Shown here piece by piece: positions 1-10,371 of a DNA stretch of 64,000 nucleotides. Every line of letters begins with the position of its first letter. Positions within the stretch are counted from its first letter, which is position 1. The stretch lies in the NCBI GenBank assembly GCA_965215895.1, contig OZ244130.1:2336157-2400156 (forward strand), given 5' to 3'. The notes beneath the pieces were generated by a model that searched no databases, was not told the DNA's origin, and worked only from the letters and a program-made list of their open reading frames with translations. The DNA comes from Vicinamibacterales bacterium. GTDB taxonomy: Bacteria; Acidobacteriota; Vicinamibacteria; Vicinamibacterales; UBA8438. Both the position numbers and the translations under genes were made by a program.

Positions 1-145
1 GATCGGGACCGAGGCCAGACAGGACCTCGAACGGTTCTTCGGCACCCCCGTCTATCTGGATCTGCACGTGAAGGTACGGGCCGACTGGCGCGACAACGAC
101 CGGATCCTGGATCAGGCGGGCGTGGCGCCGACCCAGCAGGGATGA
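1..145 (+). CDS. era: GTPase Era, C-terminal end (5' part outside the window)
   Basis: Frame 2 reads IGTEARQDLERFFGTPVYLDLHVKVRADWRDNDRILDQAGVAPTQQG* (stop 143-145). This matches the conserved Era KH-domain C-terminus. recO lies nearby, as is common. Confidence 0.75.
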   Translation, partial: IGTEARQDLERFFGTPVYLDLHVKVRADWRDNDRILDQAGVAPTQQG

Positions 146-291
146 GGGACCACACACGGCGCCTTCGCGGACACCACGTCAGCGCCGCAGCGGCCGGCGC
201 GACCCACCGGAGCCGTATCGGGAGCCGATTCCCCGCCAGCCCGCCGTGGGACTCGACGCGGGCCGCATGCCGGCCGTCGCGGCGGGGGCAA

Positions 292-729
292 CTAACGCGC
301 CAACCGCTCGGCGAAATTGCGCAGGAAGTTGACGACGTGCCAGATCTCCTCGTCGGTGATGCGGCCCTCCCAGGCGTCCATGTCGTAGTTCGGAGGGACG
401 CCGTTGCGAATCACCAGGTAGATGTCGCCGTCACGGTCGCCGTGCGCCCACTCGTCGTCGATCAGGTTCGCCGGCCTCGAACCCGGCGGCGCGGTCATGC
501 CCTGGCCGTCGGCCTGTATGCCGTGGCACGAACGGCAGAAGCGGCCGTAGACCCGCAGGCCGGCCCTCACCGATTCCTGGGTCGCCTCGATCGGGTTCTC
601 CGGGGCCTCGGCGGCAGCCTCCTGCTCGGGTCCGGCGGCGATCAGCGGGGCTGAATCGGCGGCCGTGAACAGGGCGAAGGCGAAAGCGGCCAGGACGGGC
701 ACGACTCGGGCAAGACTGGATAGGGTCAC
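292..729 (-). CDS. Secreted monoheme c-type cytochrome
   Basis: These are the last 146 codons of ORF 292..1374(-), starting at GTG 729. There is a signal-like segment (VTLSSLARVVPVLAAFAFALFTAA) and a single CxxCH (CRSCH). The upstream part of the long ORF looks like out-of-frame junk. Confidence 0.7.
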   Translation of the reverse strand: MTLSSLARVVPVLAAFAFALFTAADSAPLIAAGPEQEAAAEAPENPIEATQESVRAGLRVYGRFCRSCHGIQADGQGMTAPPGSRPANLIDDEWAHGDRDGDIYLVIRNGVPPNYDMDAWEGRITDEEIWHVVNFLRNFAERLAR

Positions 730-882
730 GCATCCTCCTCGATGTGGAAGTCTCACCAAGAGTCTATACCGCGCCGCCGCGGGTCGGTCCGGCCCGGCGA
801 CCCTTCGCGGTTGACCCGTTCGCCGGCGACGGGATACACTGCCGGTCCTGACTTGGGCACACCCAATCGGAGAGATGAGCGA

Positions 883-1440
883 ATGCGTAGATTGAGCGTC
901 TTCTTCATGGCGATCTTGCTGACCGCGGGCACGGCCGGGGCCCAGCAGGCGGAGCCGCAGCCCTACGGCGATCTGGCCGAGGTGATGCGCGGCATTCTCT
1001 TCCCCAACTCGAACCTGATCTTCGACGCGCAGACGAACAACCCCGACGATCCGGTCGAGGCGGCCGAGGGCGATTCCACCAGCGCGCGCTTCGCGAGCAT
1101 CTACACCGGGTGGGAGGCTCTTGAGAACGCGGCCGTCGCGCTCGTGGAGGCCGCCAACCTGATCGAGCTTCCGCGCGTGTGCGAGAACCTCGAGGACGAC
1201 CCCGCGCGCAACGGCGTGCCGGTCCCGATCGAACGCGACGACTGGAAGCAGTATGTCGCCGGGCTGCGGGCGGCGGGTCGGACCGCCTACGAGTGGGCGC
1301 AAGCCCGCGTCTACGACGATTTCGACGTCATCATCATGACCGGCGAGATCGCCGAGGCCTGCTCGAACTGCCACGGCGTCTACCGGGACAGCTACACCGA
1401 TCCGCCGACCCCGCGTTGCACGCCCCCCGGCGCGAACTGA
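883..1440 (+). CDS. Secreted cytochrome c, class II-like (C-terminal heme site)
   Basis: ATG at 883 inside ORF 742..1440. It has a signal peptide (MRRLSVFFMAILLTAGTAGAQQ), a helical body and one CxxCH near the C-terminus (EACSNCHGVYR), as in cytochrome c'/c556-type proteins. Confidence 0.6.
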   Translation: MRRLSVFFMAILLTAGTAGAQQAEPQPYGDLAEVMRGILFPNSNLIFDAQTNNPDDPVEAAEGDSTSARFASIYTGWEALENAAVALVEAANLIELPRVCENLEDDPARNGVPVPIERDDWKQYVAGLRAAGRTAYEWAQARVYDDFDVIIMTGEIAEACSNCHGVYRDSYTDPPTPRCTPPGAN

Positions 1441-1538
1441 GCGCGCCCGGTTGCACGCCGGCGGTGAAGCGCCGTTGCACGGAGGGAGCGCCTCCCGGCG
1501 CGGCGGAAGGCCCTGCCGGCGGAGACCCCGCCTGACCG

Positions 1539-1694
1539 TCAGTAAGCAGGCTGTGCCTGCTGCCGATCGTCGACGGGTATCGCCGGCAGCGCGAACTTCG
1601 GGGCCATCGTGCCGGTGTCGGCGGCGACCCGTGACGGGGTCGAATCCCCGAGCGCGAGCTCGTGGAGCGGCTTCCCGCCGGTGAGCCGCTCCAT
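1539..1694 (-). CDS. Possible small ORF or gene remnant (51 aa from ATG)
   Basis: Not in the ORF track because it is under 60 aa. The frame reads MERLTGGKPLHELALGDSTPSRVAADTGTMAPKFALPAIPVDDRQQAQPAY*. G/C at third codon positions is high and continues about 25 codons upstream of the ATG without a start codon. No family recognised. Confidence 0.2.
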   Translation of the reverse strand: MERLTGGKPLHELALGDSTPSRVAADTGTMAPKFALPAIPVDDRQQAQPAY

Positions 1695-1954
1695 CCCGGC
1701 GGCTTCCTCACCGATCAGTCGGAGCGCCTGCCCGCGGCCGAGGGCGTGCGCGAGAAGCTGCCAAGTCAGTCACCCGCATGCTGAATTGCCGTTCGTGACC
1801 GCCGTGGTCGTCGACCGTCTCGACGGGATGAGCGGACGGAGAGGCCCCGATCGCTGTGCTACACTGAAAAGTTGCTGGTACTGATTGTGGATTATCCAGA
1901 CGAACCCGACTTGTCGCGGCGTTCGGTCGTGACCGCCCCCCGGACGACGGGACC

Positions 1955-3328
1955 ATGCCCTTCCATCGCCGAATCGACGTGGTGCTCGACTCGGTCAAGC
2001 GACTGCAGAGGATTGGTGCGTCCGCCAATCTCCTGAATCTCCTCCAGAAACAGCGTCCCGCCGACCTCGCCGAGGTCCTGAACCAGCTCTCGGACAAGGA
2101 CCGCCACGGCGCGTTCGACCTGCTCCTCGACCACAACAGCCGCCTCGCGATGGAGGCGCTGATGGAGTACGGCCCCGAGCCCGGCGCCCGGCTGCTGGCG
2201 GACCAGCCGCCGGAGCGCATAGCCCTGTGGCTGCTGGACCTGCCGTCGGACGACGCCGCGGCGCTGATCGACGAGCTGCCCGAGGACCTGTCGGCGGCCG
2301 TGCTCGAGCGGATGCGCCCCCACGAGTCGGGCGAGGTCGAGAACCTGCTCGAGTATCGCGAGCAGACCGCCGGCCGCATCATGAACCCGACGGTGTTCGC
2401 GCTGTCGGAGGACCTGACGGCGGGCGAGGCGATCCAGGCCCTGCAGGGGTCGCGCGAGGTGGAGATGGTCTTCTACCTCTACGTGGTCGACGAGCGCCGG
2501 CATCTGGTGGGCGTGGTGTCGTTGCGACGGCTGCTGCTCGTGGCCCCCGAGACCCCCCTGCAGCGGATCATGACCACCGACCTGATCAGCGCGCGGGTCG
2601 AGACGGACCAGGAAGAGGTGGCGCAGCACGTCGCGAACTACAACCTGCTGGCGATCCCGGTGGTCGACGAGGAGAACAAGCTCGTCGGCATCATCACCGT
2701 CGACGACGTCATCGACATCATCAAGGACGAGGCGACGGAGGACCTCTACCGGCTGGCCGGGGTCAGCGGCGACGAGCACGTGTTCACGCCCGCCCTCGAG
2801 TCGGCGCGGAAGCGGCTGCCGTGGCTGGCGATGAACCTGGTCACCGCCGCGCTCGCCGCGTTCGTGGTGCGGGTGTTTCAGGCGACCATCGATCAGGTCG
2901 TGATGCTGGCGGTCCTCATGACCATCGTCGCCAGCATGGGGGGCAACGCCGCGACCCAGACCCTCACGGTGATCGTGCGGGCCATCGCGCTGGGAGAGCT
3001 CACCTGGGGCAACTCCCGCAGGGCGGTGCTGAAGGAGGCGCTGGTCGGGCTGGGCAACGGACTGGTCCTCGGCTCGGTGGGGGCCCTGGTGGCCTGGCTG
3101 CTGTCCGGGAACGTCTACCTGGGGGCGATCCTGGCCCTGGCGATGGTGATCAACCTGCTGGTCGCGGCGGTGGCCGCGACCCTGATTCCGATCGCCCTGC
3201 GGGCGCTCAAGGTGGATCCGGCGCTGGCGTCGGCGGTCTTCATCACGACGTTGACGGACGTCTTCGGGTTCTTTGCCTTTCTCGGCCTGGCCACCCTCTT
3301 CCTGCCTTATCTGGAGCAGTTGGCGTGA
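1955..3328 (+). CDS. mgtE: Magnesium transporter MgtE
   Basis: 457-aa ORF with an MgtE N-domain, a CBS pair (HLVGVVSLRRLL, LLAIPVVDEENKLVGIITVDDVIDII) and a C-terminal membrane domain (MGGNAATQTLTVIVRAIALGE). Confidence 0.9.
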   Translation: MPFHRRIDVVLDSVKRLQRIGASANLLNLLQKQRPADLAEVLNQLSDKDRHGAFDLLLDHNSRLAMEALMEYGPEPGARLLADQPPERIALWLLDLPSDDAAALIDELPEDLSAAVLERMRPHESGEVENLLEYREQTAGRIMNPTVFALSEDLTAGEAIQALQGSREVEMVFYLYVVDERRHLVGVVSLRRLLLVAPETPLQRIMTTDLISARVETDQEEVAQHVANYNLLAIPVVDEENKLVGIITVDDVIDIIKDEATEDLYRLAGVSGDEHVFTPALESARKRLPWLAMNLVTAALAAFVVRVFQATIDQVVMLAVLMTIVASMGGNAATQTLTVIVRAIALGELTWGNSRRAVLKEALVGLGNGLVLGSVGALVAWLLSGNVYLGAILALAMVINLLVAAVAATLIPIALRALKVDPALASAVFITTLTDVFGFFAFLGLATLFLPYLEQLA

Positions 3329-3428
3329 TCGCCCCGGTGGTCGGTCATCGTCTGGGCGGCGGGGGGACGCTACAATGGGGGCCAGCCGGTGTCCCGGGGG
3401 GGGACGCGCGGCGCACTTCGCGCTCGCG

Positions 3429-4196
3429 ATGCCAGTCCTGACGACCGACGCGCTGATCCTGCGCACCTACCATCTTGGTGAAGCGGACCGCATCGTCGTG
3501 TTCCTGACGCCCGAGCGGGGAAAGAAGCGCGGCGTCGCCAACGGCGCGCGCAGCCCGCGCTCGCGGCGGTTCGCGGGCGGGCTCGAGCCGCTGACCGCGG
3601 TGCGGCTCGCCTACTACGAGCGGGAGCACCGCGACCTGGTCCGGCTGAGCTACGTCGAGCCGGTGCGGTCTCCGATGTCCGCGCGGGACGGCGAACGGCT
3701 CGGCTACGTCGAGTACTTCGCGGAGATCCTCGACGAGTGTGCGCAGGAAGCGGAGCCGAACGCGCCGCTGTTTCGTCTCGGGTCGGCGGTGGGGGCGTTG
3801 CTGGCCGGGGAGATCCCGATCGCCCGGCTGGCGCGCTACTTCGAGTACTGGGTGCTGCGGCTGCAGGGGGTCTATCCCTCGCTGAACGTCTGCGGGCGTT
3901 GCGGCCGCCGCCCCGATCGCGGCGGCCGTATCGACGCGGCGGGCGGCGGCTTCCGGTGCGACGCGTGCGCCGGCGACCGGGGCCTCCCGTTGTCGGCCGA
4001 GGCGGTGCGGTTTCTCCGCGACGCCGCCGCGACCCCGCCGGACGCGCTGGCGCAGGTCGGGTTGCCGCCGCGCGCGGACCAGGAGCTCGACCGGGCCCAC
4101 GAGCGCCTGCTGGCGATGCATCTCGAGAAGGAGCTGCGGGCCGCCAAGGTGTTGCGGGCGATGGCCCGGACGAGCTCCGGAGCGACGCCATCATGA
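3429..4196 (+). CDS. recO: DNA repair protein RecO
   Basis: ATG 3429 within ORF 3273..4196. The N-terminus (MPVLTTDALILRTYHLGEADRIVVFLTPERGKKRGVANGARSPRSRF) is typical RecO, and there is a Cys-rich zinc motif (CGRCGR...FRCDACAG). Confidence 0.85.
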   Translation: MPVLTTDALILRTYHLGEADRIVVFLTPERGKKRGVANGARSPRSRRFAGGLEPLTAVRLAYYEREHRDLVRLSYVEPVRSPMSARDGERLGYVEYFAEILDECAQEAEPNAPLFRLGSAVGALLAGEIPIARLARYFEYWVLRLQGVYPSLNVCGRCGRRPDRGGRIDAAGGGFRCDACAGDRGLPLSAEAVRFLRDAAATPPDALAQVGLPPRADQELDRAHERLLAMHLEKELRAAKVLRAMARTSSGATPS

Positions 4197-4302
4197 TGAA
4201 GACACGTGACCGCAGGATTCGCACCCCGGCCGCCGCCGCGGGTCGCCGTCGCGCGACGATTCCGGCCGCGCCGCCGGGAGGCTCGTACCGGGTGGTGACG
4301 CC

Positions 4303-5181
4303 GTGACCTTCCAGGATCTGATAGCGTCGTTGTCGCGCTTCTGGTCGTCGCGGGGATGCCTGATTCACCAGCCCCTCGACACCGAGGTGGGGGCCGGCAC
4401 GATGCACCCGGAGACGTTTCTGCGGGTGCTCGGGCCCCGGCCCTGGCGGGTCGCCTACGTGCAGCCGTCCCGGCGCCCCGCCGACGGGCGGTTCGGCGAG
4501 AACCCGAACCGGTTGTTCAAGCATCATCAGTTCCAGGTCATCCTGAAGCCCTCGCCCGACGCCGCCCAGGATCTCTATCTCGACAGCCTGCGGGTGTGCG
4601 GCATCGACCCGTCGCGTCACGACGTGCGCTTCGAGGAGGACAACTGGGAGTCTCCGACCCTCGGGGCGTGGGGCATCGGGTGGCAGGTGCTGCTCGACGG
4701 GATGGAGATCACCCAGTTTACCTATTTTCAGCAGGCCGGCGGCATCGAGCTGTGCCCGGTGTCGGTCGAGCTGACCTACGGGCTCGAACGCATCGCGATG
4801 CACCTGCAGGGGGTGGACGACGTCTACGACCTCGAGTGGGCGCCGGGCGTGACCTATCGCACGGTGCGGCACCAGGACGAGGTGGAGCAGACGAAGTATG
4901 CCTTCGGCATGATCGACATGCCGGAGTCGGAGTTCGCCGCCTGTCATCGCGACCTGTTCGAGCAGCATCACCGCATGGCCCGGACCCTGGTGCGGTCGGG
5001 GCTGGTGCTGCCGGCCCTCGATGCCTGTCTCAAGTGCTCGCATACGTTCAACATCCTGGACGCCAGCGGCGGGATCGGGGTGACCGAGCGGGCCGCGTAC
5101 ATCCTGCGGGTGCGCGAGCTGGCGGTGGCGGTGGCCAGGGCGCACGCGGGCGTCGGCGACGCCGCCGCCCCCAAGGCGTAG
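4303..5181 (+). CDS. glyQ: Glycine--tRNA ligase alpha subunit
   Basis: [45 protein letters not shown]... is highly conserved GlyQ sequence. Confidence 0.95.
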   Translation: MTFQDLIASLSRFWSSRGCLIHQPLDTEVGAGTMHPETFLRVLGPRPWRVAYVQPSRRPADGRFGENPNRLFKHHQFQVILKPSPDAAQDLYLDSLRVCGIDPSRHDVRFEEDNWESPTLGAWGIGWQVLLDGMEITQFTYFQQAGGIELCPVSVELTYGLERIAMHLQGVDDVYDLEWAPGVTYRTVRHQDEVEQTKYAFGMIDMPESEFAACHRDLFEQHHRMARTLVRSGLVLPALDACLKCSHTFNILDASGGIGVTERAAYILRVRELAVAVARAHAGVGDAAAPKA

Positions 5182-5258
5182 CCCGCGGGCGGACTCCTCG
5201 ACGGGTTGGTCGGGCAGGGAGCGGAGCCGCGTGGCGGCGATTTGCGGGCCAGGACATC

Positions 5259-7505
5259 ATGTATCGAGAGTTGCTGATCGAGATCGGGTGCGAGGAGCTG
5301 CCGGCGAGCTGGTTGCCGCCGCTCGTGCAACAACTCGGCGCCTGCGTCGGCGCCCGGCTCGAGGCGGCGCGGCTCGCGTGTCCGACCCCCCCGGAGTCGT
5401 TCGCGACGCCGCGCCGCCTCGCGGTCCGCGCGGCCCGGGTGGCGGAACGGCAACCGGACATCGAGGAGACCCTCACCGGACCACCGCTGCGGGCGGCGCT
5501 CACCGCCGGGGGAGACCCGACCCCCGCCGCCCTCGGGTTCGCCCGAAAGCACGGCGTCGCCGTGAACCGGCTCATCCGGATTGAAACGCCCAAGGGGACC
5601 TATCTGGCCCACCGGCGCCGGCAGCGGGGGAAGGCGGCCCGGACGGTGCTCGGCGGCGTGCTGGCCGCCACTCTGCGCGATCTCGCCTTTCCGAAGCAGA
5701 TGCACTGGGATGCCCGGCTCGATGACGGTCGGGGCGACCTTCTCTTCGGGCGTCCCATCCGCTGGCTGGTTTTTCTGTTCGGGGGGCGGGTCGTGCCCTT
5801 CGTCATCGGGCGAACGCCGGAGGCGGCGGCGCGGGGCGTGGCGCCGATTCGCGCCGGCTCGACGACCCGCGGGCACCGGTTCTTCGCCCGGGAGGCCCGG
5901 CCGGGGCGTCCGGTGCGGGTGGGCTCGTTCGCCGAGTACCGCAAGACCCTGAAGCGGCACTACGTGCTGCTGTCCCGCGAGGATCGCCGCGCGCGTATCG
6001 CGAAGAAGCTCGAGAGCAACGCGAAGCGGGTGGGGGGCGTGGTCGGCGGCGCCGGCGGGGCGACGTCGCTGCTCGACGAGGTGCCCGATCTGGTCGAGTA
6101 CCCGTCGGTGGTCACCGGCCGCTTTCCCGAGGAGTTTCTCGCGCTGCCCGACGAAGTGCTGAAGACGACGATGATCCACCACCAGCACTACTTCCCGGTG
6201 GCGACGAGCGACGGCCGCCTCACCGAGCACTTCCTCGCGGTGACCAACGTCCCGCAGGACAACGTGCCGGCGATCGCCCGCAACTCCGAGCGGGTGCTGG
6301 TGGCGCGGCTGCGGGACGCCCGGTTCTTCTGGGAGGCGGACCGGCGCGCGCCGCTGGCCTCGCGCCTCGATCGTCTCGACACGCTCCGGTTTCACGCGAA
6401 GCTCGGCAGCTATCTGGCCAAGGCCCGGCGGATCGAGGGGTTGGCCGGCGTCCTGGCCGGCGAGGCGTTCGGCGCGCCCGCGCAGGTCGACCACGCGGCC
6501 CGCGCCGCCCGCCTCGCCAAGGCCGATCTCACCACCGACATGGTCGGCGAGTTTCCCGAGCTGCAAGGGGTGATGGGGGGGATCTATGCCCGCGAGGACG
6601 GCGAGCCGGAAGAGGTCTGGCGCGCCATCTACCATCACTACCTGCCGATCGGGGTCACCGCCGATGCCCCGCCGCGGCCGGGCGACCTGGGCCGGGCCGG
6701 CATCAGTTGGGCCGCGACCGCGCTCGCCGACAAGCTCGACACGCTGGTCGGGCTGTTCCAGGCCGGCGAACGGCCGCGGGGGGCGCGCGACCCGTTCGGG
6801 CTGCGGCGGCAGGCCCACGGCGTCTTCGGGATTCTCGTGGATCTGCCGGAGCTGACCGGGTTGACGGCTCGTCCCGACCTTGGGCGTCTCGTGGCGGCGG
6901 CGGAGGCGGCGCACGGAGGGGGGCACGAATCGGCCACCGCGCCCGAGGTGACGGAGCGGCTGCAGCAGTTCCTGCTGGAGCGGCTGCGGTTCGTGCTGGA
7001 GCAGCGCGGCCACGACGTGCGGAACGTGCGGGCGGTGACCCAGCCGTGGCCGTCCTGGCGCGCGGTCACCCCCCTCGATGCGCGGCGGAAGCTGGAGGCG
7101 CTGCCCGGGTTCACCGGGTCGACGGAGTTCCAGCAGCTCGCGGCGCTGTTCAAGCGGGTTCGCAACATCGCCCGGGAGCTGTCCGACGCCGAGCTCGGCG
7201 ACGTGGAGGCGGGACGGGCGGCGGTGTCCGACGATGCCCCCGAGCCCGCGGAGGCGGCGCTGGCGGCCGAGCTCGAGCGGCGCCGCCCGGCCATCGCCGC
7301 GGCGGTGGCCGCCGGGACCGACTACCACGCGGCCTTCGCCGAGGCGGCCGCGTTCGGTCCCGCCGTCGATCGCTTCTTCACCGACGTGCTCGTGATGGCC
7401 GGCAATCCGGATCTGCGGCGCCGGCGTCTGGCGCTGTTGAAGCAGCTCGAGCGCCTCATTCTCCAGCTCGCGGACGTGTCGGCTCTGGTCAAGGAGGCGG
7501 ATTAG
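5259..7505 (+). CDS. glyS: Glycine--tRNA ligase beta subunit
   Basis: ATG 5259 inside ORF 4356..7505 (MYRELLIEIGCEELPASW...), immediately after glyQ. Length is about 748 aa. The upstream part of the ORF overlaps glyQ out of frame. Confidence 0.9.
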   Translation: MYRELLIEIGCEELPASWLPPLVQQLGACVGARLEAARLACPTPPESFATPRRLAVRAARVAERQPDIEETLTGPPLRAALTAGGDPTPAALGFARKHGVAVNRLIRIETPKGTYLAHRRRQRGKAARTVLGGVLAATLRDLAFPKQMHWDARLDDGRGDLLFGRPIRWLVFLFGGRVVPFVIGRTPEAAARGVAPIRAGSTTRGHRFFAREARPGRPVRVGSFAEYRKTLKRHYVLLSREDRRARIAKKLESNAKRVGGVVGGAGGATSLLDEVPDLVEYPSVVTGRFPEEFLALPDEVLKTTMIHHQHYFPVATSDGRLTEHFLAVTNVPQDNVPAIARNSERVLVARLRDARFFWEADRRAPLASRLDRLDTLRFHAKLGSYLAKARRIEGLAGVLAGEAFGAPAQVDHAARAARLAKADLTTDMVGEFPELQGVMGGIYAREDGEPEEVWRAIYHHYLPIGVTADAPPRPGDLGRAGISWAATALADKLDTLVGLFQAGERPRGARDPFGLRRQAHGVFGILVDLPELTGLTARPDLGRLVAAAEAAHGGGHESATAPEVTERLQQFLLERLRFVLEQRGHDVRNVRAVTQPWPSWRAVTPLDARRKLEALPGFTGSTEFQQLAALFKRVRNIARELSDAELGDVEAGRAAVSDDAPEPAEAALAAELERRRPAIAAAVAAGTDYHAAFAEAAAFGPAVDRFFTDVLVMAGNPDLRRRRLALLKQLERLILQLADVSALVKEAD

Positions 7506-7515
7506 GCGCCCGCCG

Positions 7516-9396
7516 GTGCGCTCGCCCATGACCGGCCACGCGCCCTCGGAAGACCGCCCGCCGCGCATCGTGCGGCTGCCGGCCGAGCTGGCGAATCAGA
7601 TTGCCGCCGGCGAGGTCGTCGAGCGTCCCGCGTCGGTGGTCAAGGAGCTGGTCGAGAACGCTCTCGATGCCGGGGCGTTGCGGGTCGCGGTGGCCGTCGA
7701 GCTGGGCGGGAAGCGCCTCGTGCGGGTGGAGGACGACGGCGCGGGGATGACCGCCGGCGAGGCGCTGCTCGCCCTGGAGAGGCATGCCACCAGCAAGATC
7801 CGGCGGGTCGAGGATCTCGCCGCCATCACCTCGCTGGGGTTCCGCGGGGAAGCGCTGCCGAGCATCGCCTCGGTGTCGCATCTGCGGCTGCGCACCCGGG
7901 CCCGCGGCGCCTCCCGCGGGGTCGAGGTGCGCGTGTCCGGCGGGGCGATCGATTCCAACCGCGAGATCGGCGCCGCGGAAGGCACGATCATCGAGGTGAC
8001 CGACCTGTTCTACAACGTGCCGGCGCGCCGGAAGTTCCTGAAATCGGACAGCGCGGAGACGGCGCAGATCTCGCGACTGGTCGCCCAACTGGCCCTGGGG
8101 CGGCACCGGGTCGGCTTCACGTTGACCAGCGGGACGCGCCGGCTGGCGCAATGGCCGCCGGTCGAGAGCCTGGCGGATCGGCTGTTCCAGCTCTACAAGG
8201 ACCGCCAGGACCTCGTCGAGGTGCGAAAGCACGCGGCCGGGGTCACGGTGACGGGGTTCGTGGCGGGGCTCACCGGCGGGAAGGAAGGGGCCCGGCGCGG
8301 GGCGCAGAACCTCTTCGTCAACGGCCGCGCCGTGAAGGACCGCACCATCGCCCACGCGATCACCCACGCCTACGACGTCGCCACCATCAAGGAACGCCGT
8401 CCCGAGGTGCATCTGTTCATCGAGCTGCCCCCCGACCGGGTCGACGTCAACGTGCATCCGACGAAGGCCGAGGTTCGTTTTCTCGAGCCGTCCCTCGTCC
8501 ACGAGGTGCTGCGCCGCGCCCTCGCGGAAGCGCTGGGGGACACCGCCGCGCCGGCTGTGACCTTGCGGGATGCGACCCCCGCCCCCCCGGCGTCGCCGGC
8601 CTCCGGGGAGGCGCCGGCGTCCGCGGCGGAAGCCTCCGGCGATTGGCGGCCCGTCTCGCACGCGGTCCCGGAGGGCGCCGCGGCGGGACCGGACGGCGCG
8701 ACATCGGACGGCCGCGATCCGGGAGCGCCGGGCGTCTCCGGCGGACCGACGCTGGCCGACGCCGTCCGCGAGCTGCGCCCGGCCGCGCCCCCGGTGCCGC
8801 CCGCGGCGGGGGTCGTGGACCGGCCCATGCAGCCGCTCGGGCAGTTCCGCGATACGTTCATCATCGCCATCGACGACGAGGGCATCGCCATCATCGACCA
8901 GCATGTCGCCCACGAACGGGTGCTGTTCGAACAGGTGATGGAACGGCTCACCGCCGGGGCGCTCGAGAGTCAGCGGCTGCTGCAGCCGATCGTGCTCGAC
9001 CTGCCCCCGGCCGAGCGGCATGCGCTGGCCGCCCACGAGACCGCCCTGCAGCGGCTGGGGTTCGAGGTGGAGGCGTTCGGCGGCGAGAGCGTCCGGATCG
9101 CCGCGGTGCCCGCGCTCGTGCCCCTCGCCGCGTGCGAGGCCGCGGTGCGCGGGTTGGCCCAGGACCTCGATGGTCTCGACCAGGGCGCCGCCATCGACGA
9201 GGCGCTGCGGCGCAGCGCCGCCACCACCGCGTGCCACGCCGCCGTCAAGGCGCACGACCGGTTGACGCCCGAGAAGATGATCTGGATTCTCGACGCGCTG
9301 CGCCGCACCGCCCACTCCTCGGTCTGCCCGCACGGCCGCCCCGTCGTCCTGCGCCTCTCGCGCCGCGAGATCGAGAAGCGGTTCGAGCGCATCTAG
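7516..9396 (+). CDS. mutL: DNA mismatch repair protein MutL
   Basis: GHKL ATPase N-terminus (LANQIAAGEVVERPASVVKELVENALDAG, DDGAGM) and a C-terminal endonuclease-type region ending ...SVCPHGRPVVLRLSRREIEKRFERI. Confidence 0.9.
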   Translation: MRSPMTGHAPSEDRPPRIVRLPAELANQIAAGEVVERPASVVKELVENALDAGALRVAVAVELGGKRLVRVEDDGAGMTAGEALLALERHATSKIRRVEDLAAITSLGFRGEALPSIASVSHLRLRTRARGASRGVEVRVSGGAIDSNREIGAAEGTIIEVTDLFYNVPARRKFLKSDSAETAQISRLVAQLALGRHRVGFTLTSGTRRLAQWPPVESLADRLFQLYKDRQDLVEVRKHAAGVTVTGFVAGLTGGKEGARRGAQNLFVNGRAVKDRTIAHAITHAYDVATIKERRPEVHLFIELPPDRVDVNVHPTKAEVRFLEPSLVHEVLRRALAEALGDTAAPAVTLRDATPAPPASPASGEAPASAAEASGDWRPVSHAVPEGAAAGPDGATSDGRDPGAPGVSGGPTLADAVRELRPAAPPVPPAAGVVDRPMQPLGQFRDTFIIAIDDEGIAIIDQHVAHERVLFEQVMERLTAGALESQRLLQPIVLDLPPAERHALAAHETALQRLGFEVEAFGGESVRIAAVPALVPLAACEAAVRGLAQDLDGLDQGAAIDEALRRSAATTACHAAVKAHDRLTPEKMIWILDALRRTAHSSVCPHGRPVVLRLSRREIEKRFERI

Positions 9397-9419
9397 CCGG
9401 TGGCCGGGTTGACGAGCGC

Positions 9420-10199
9420 ATGAGCACTCCCTCCGAAGGCTGGCGCGGGTGGGATGCCTACGCGCGGTTCTACGACTGGGAGAACGCCCAGACCGTCGGC
9501 CGCCGCGACGTCCGGTTCTGGGCCGACCTCGCCGCCCGCGCGGACGGGACGGTCCTCGAGCTCGGTTGCGGCACCGGGCGGCTGTCGGTACCCGTCGCGC
9601 GGAAGGCCCGCCGCTTCGTCGGCATCGACCGGTCGGCGGCCATGTTGCGGCGGTTGCGCGCGCGGCTGCGGCGCGCCCGCCTGACCGGCCGCGCCGCGAT
9701 CGTGCGCGGCGACATCCGCGCGCTGCCCTTCCGCCCGGACTGGCGCTGCCGGTTGGTCATGGCGCCCTACGGCATGCTGCAGTCGCTGCTCTCCGACGAC
9801 GATGTGGCCGCGACCCTCGACGCCGTCGCCGGCGTGCTGGCGCCCGGCGGCACGCTCGGCGTCGACCTGGCCCCCGGCCTGCCGCGGTGGGGCGAGTACG
9901 CCCGGCGGGTCAGCCTGCGCGGGCCGATGAGCGGCGGCCGCCGGGTGACCCTCATCGAATCGGTCCGCCAGGTGCCGCGCCACGGACTGACCATCTTCAA
10001 TCAGGAGTTCGTCGAGACGCGCGGGGGACGGCGGACGAGCTACCCCGTCTCGATCGCTTTCCGCACCCTGACCGTCCCGCAGGTGGTCGAGCGCGTCGAG
10101 CGGGCGGGGTTTGCCGTCGACGCGGTCCTCGGCGGCTATCGGGAAGAAGCCTGGTCGCCCGACGCCGAGATCTGGGTCATCATCGCGCGGCGACGCTGA
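9420..10199 (+). CDS. Class I SAM-dependent methyltransferase
   Basis: ATG 9420 in ORF 8151..10199, with SAM motif I (VLELGCGTGRLS). Substrate unknown. Confidence 0.7.
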   Translation: MSTPSEGWRGWDAYARFYDWENAQTVGRRDVRFWADLAARADGTVLELGCGTGRLSVPVARKARRFVGIDRSAAMLRRLRARLRRARLTGRAAIVRGDIRALPFRPDWRCRLVMAPYGMLQSLLSDDDVAATLDAVAGVLAPGGTLGVDLAPGLPRWGEYARRVSLRGPMSGGRRVTLIESVRQVPRHGLTIFNQEFVETRGGRRTSYPVSIAFRTLTVPQVVERVERAGFAVDAVLGGYREEAWSPDAEIWVIIARRR

Positions 10200-10371
10200 C
10201 CGCCCGAAGGGGGACGACTACCGGCTGCTCGCGACCGACCGGACCTCGACCCGGCAGGAAGAGTCGAACAACGCGGGCGGGGAAGGGTTCGCGCTCGCCG
10301 GCGCGGCCGTGGGCCGGACGGCTGTCGGTGGCGGCCCGGGGGCGGCGATTGCCCGCCGGGTCGTTCCGCAG

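Noticed and set aside
1780-1954. M-box (Mg2+) riboswitch upstream of mgtE.
   Set aside because: I could not recognise the conserved M-box helices or core sequence by eye. The region is short and only contains a mildly AT-rich promoter-like stretch. A covariance-model scan would be needed to exclude it formally.
4356-5258. N-terminal 300-aa extension of the glyS ORF.
   Set aside because: It overlaps glyQ out of frame and has an Arg/Pro/Gly-rich composition. The conserved GlyS N-terminus (MYRELLIEIGCEELP) begins at ATG 5259.
1892-9333. Very long ORFs on the strand opposite mgtE, recO, glyQS and mutL (for example 1892..3466-, 3370..5145-, 4968..7568-, 7489..9333-), plus alternative-frame ORFs such as 2227..3441+ and 6707..7531+.
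   Set aside because: These are typical shadow ORFs of a high-G+C genome. Their translations are Arg/Pro/Gly/Ala-rich with no recognisable motifs, and each is fully covered by a well-supported conserved gene in another frame or strand. The same applies to similar ORFs throughout the window (for example 16414..17853-, 17750..19918-, 22618..24438-, 47358..49061+, 52691..55432-).
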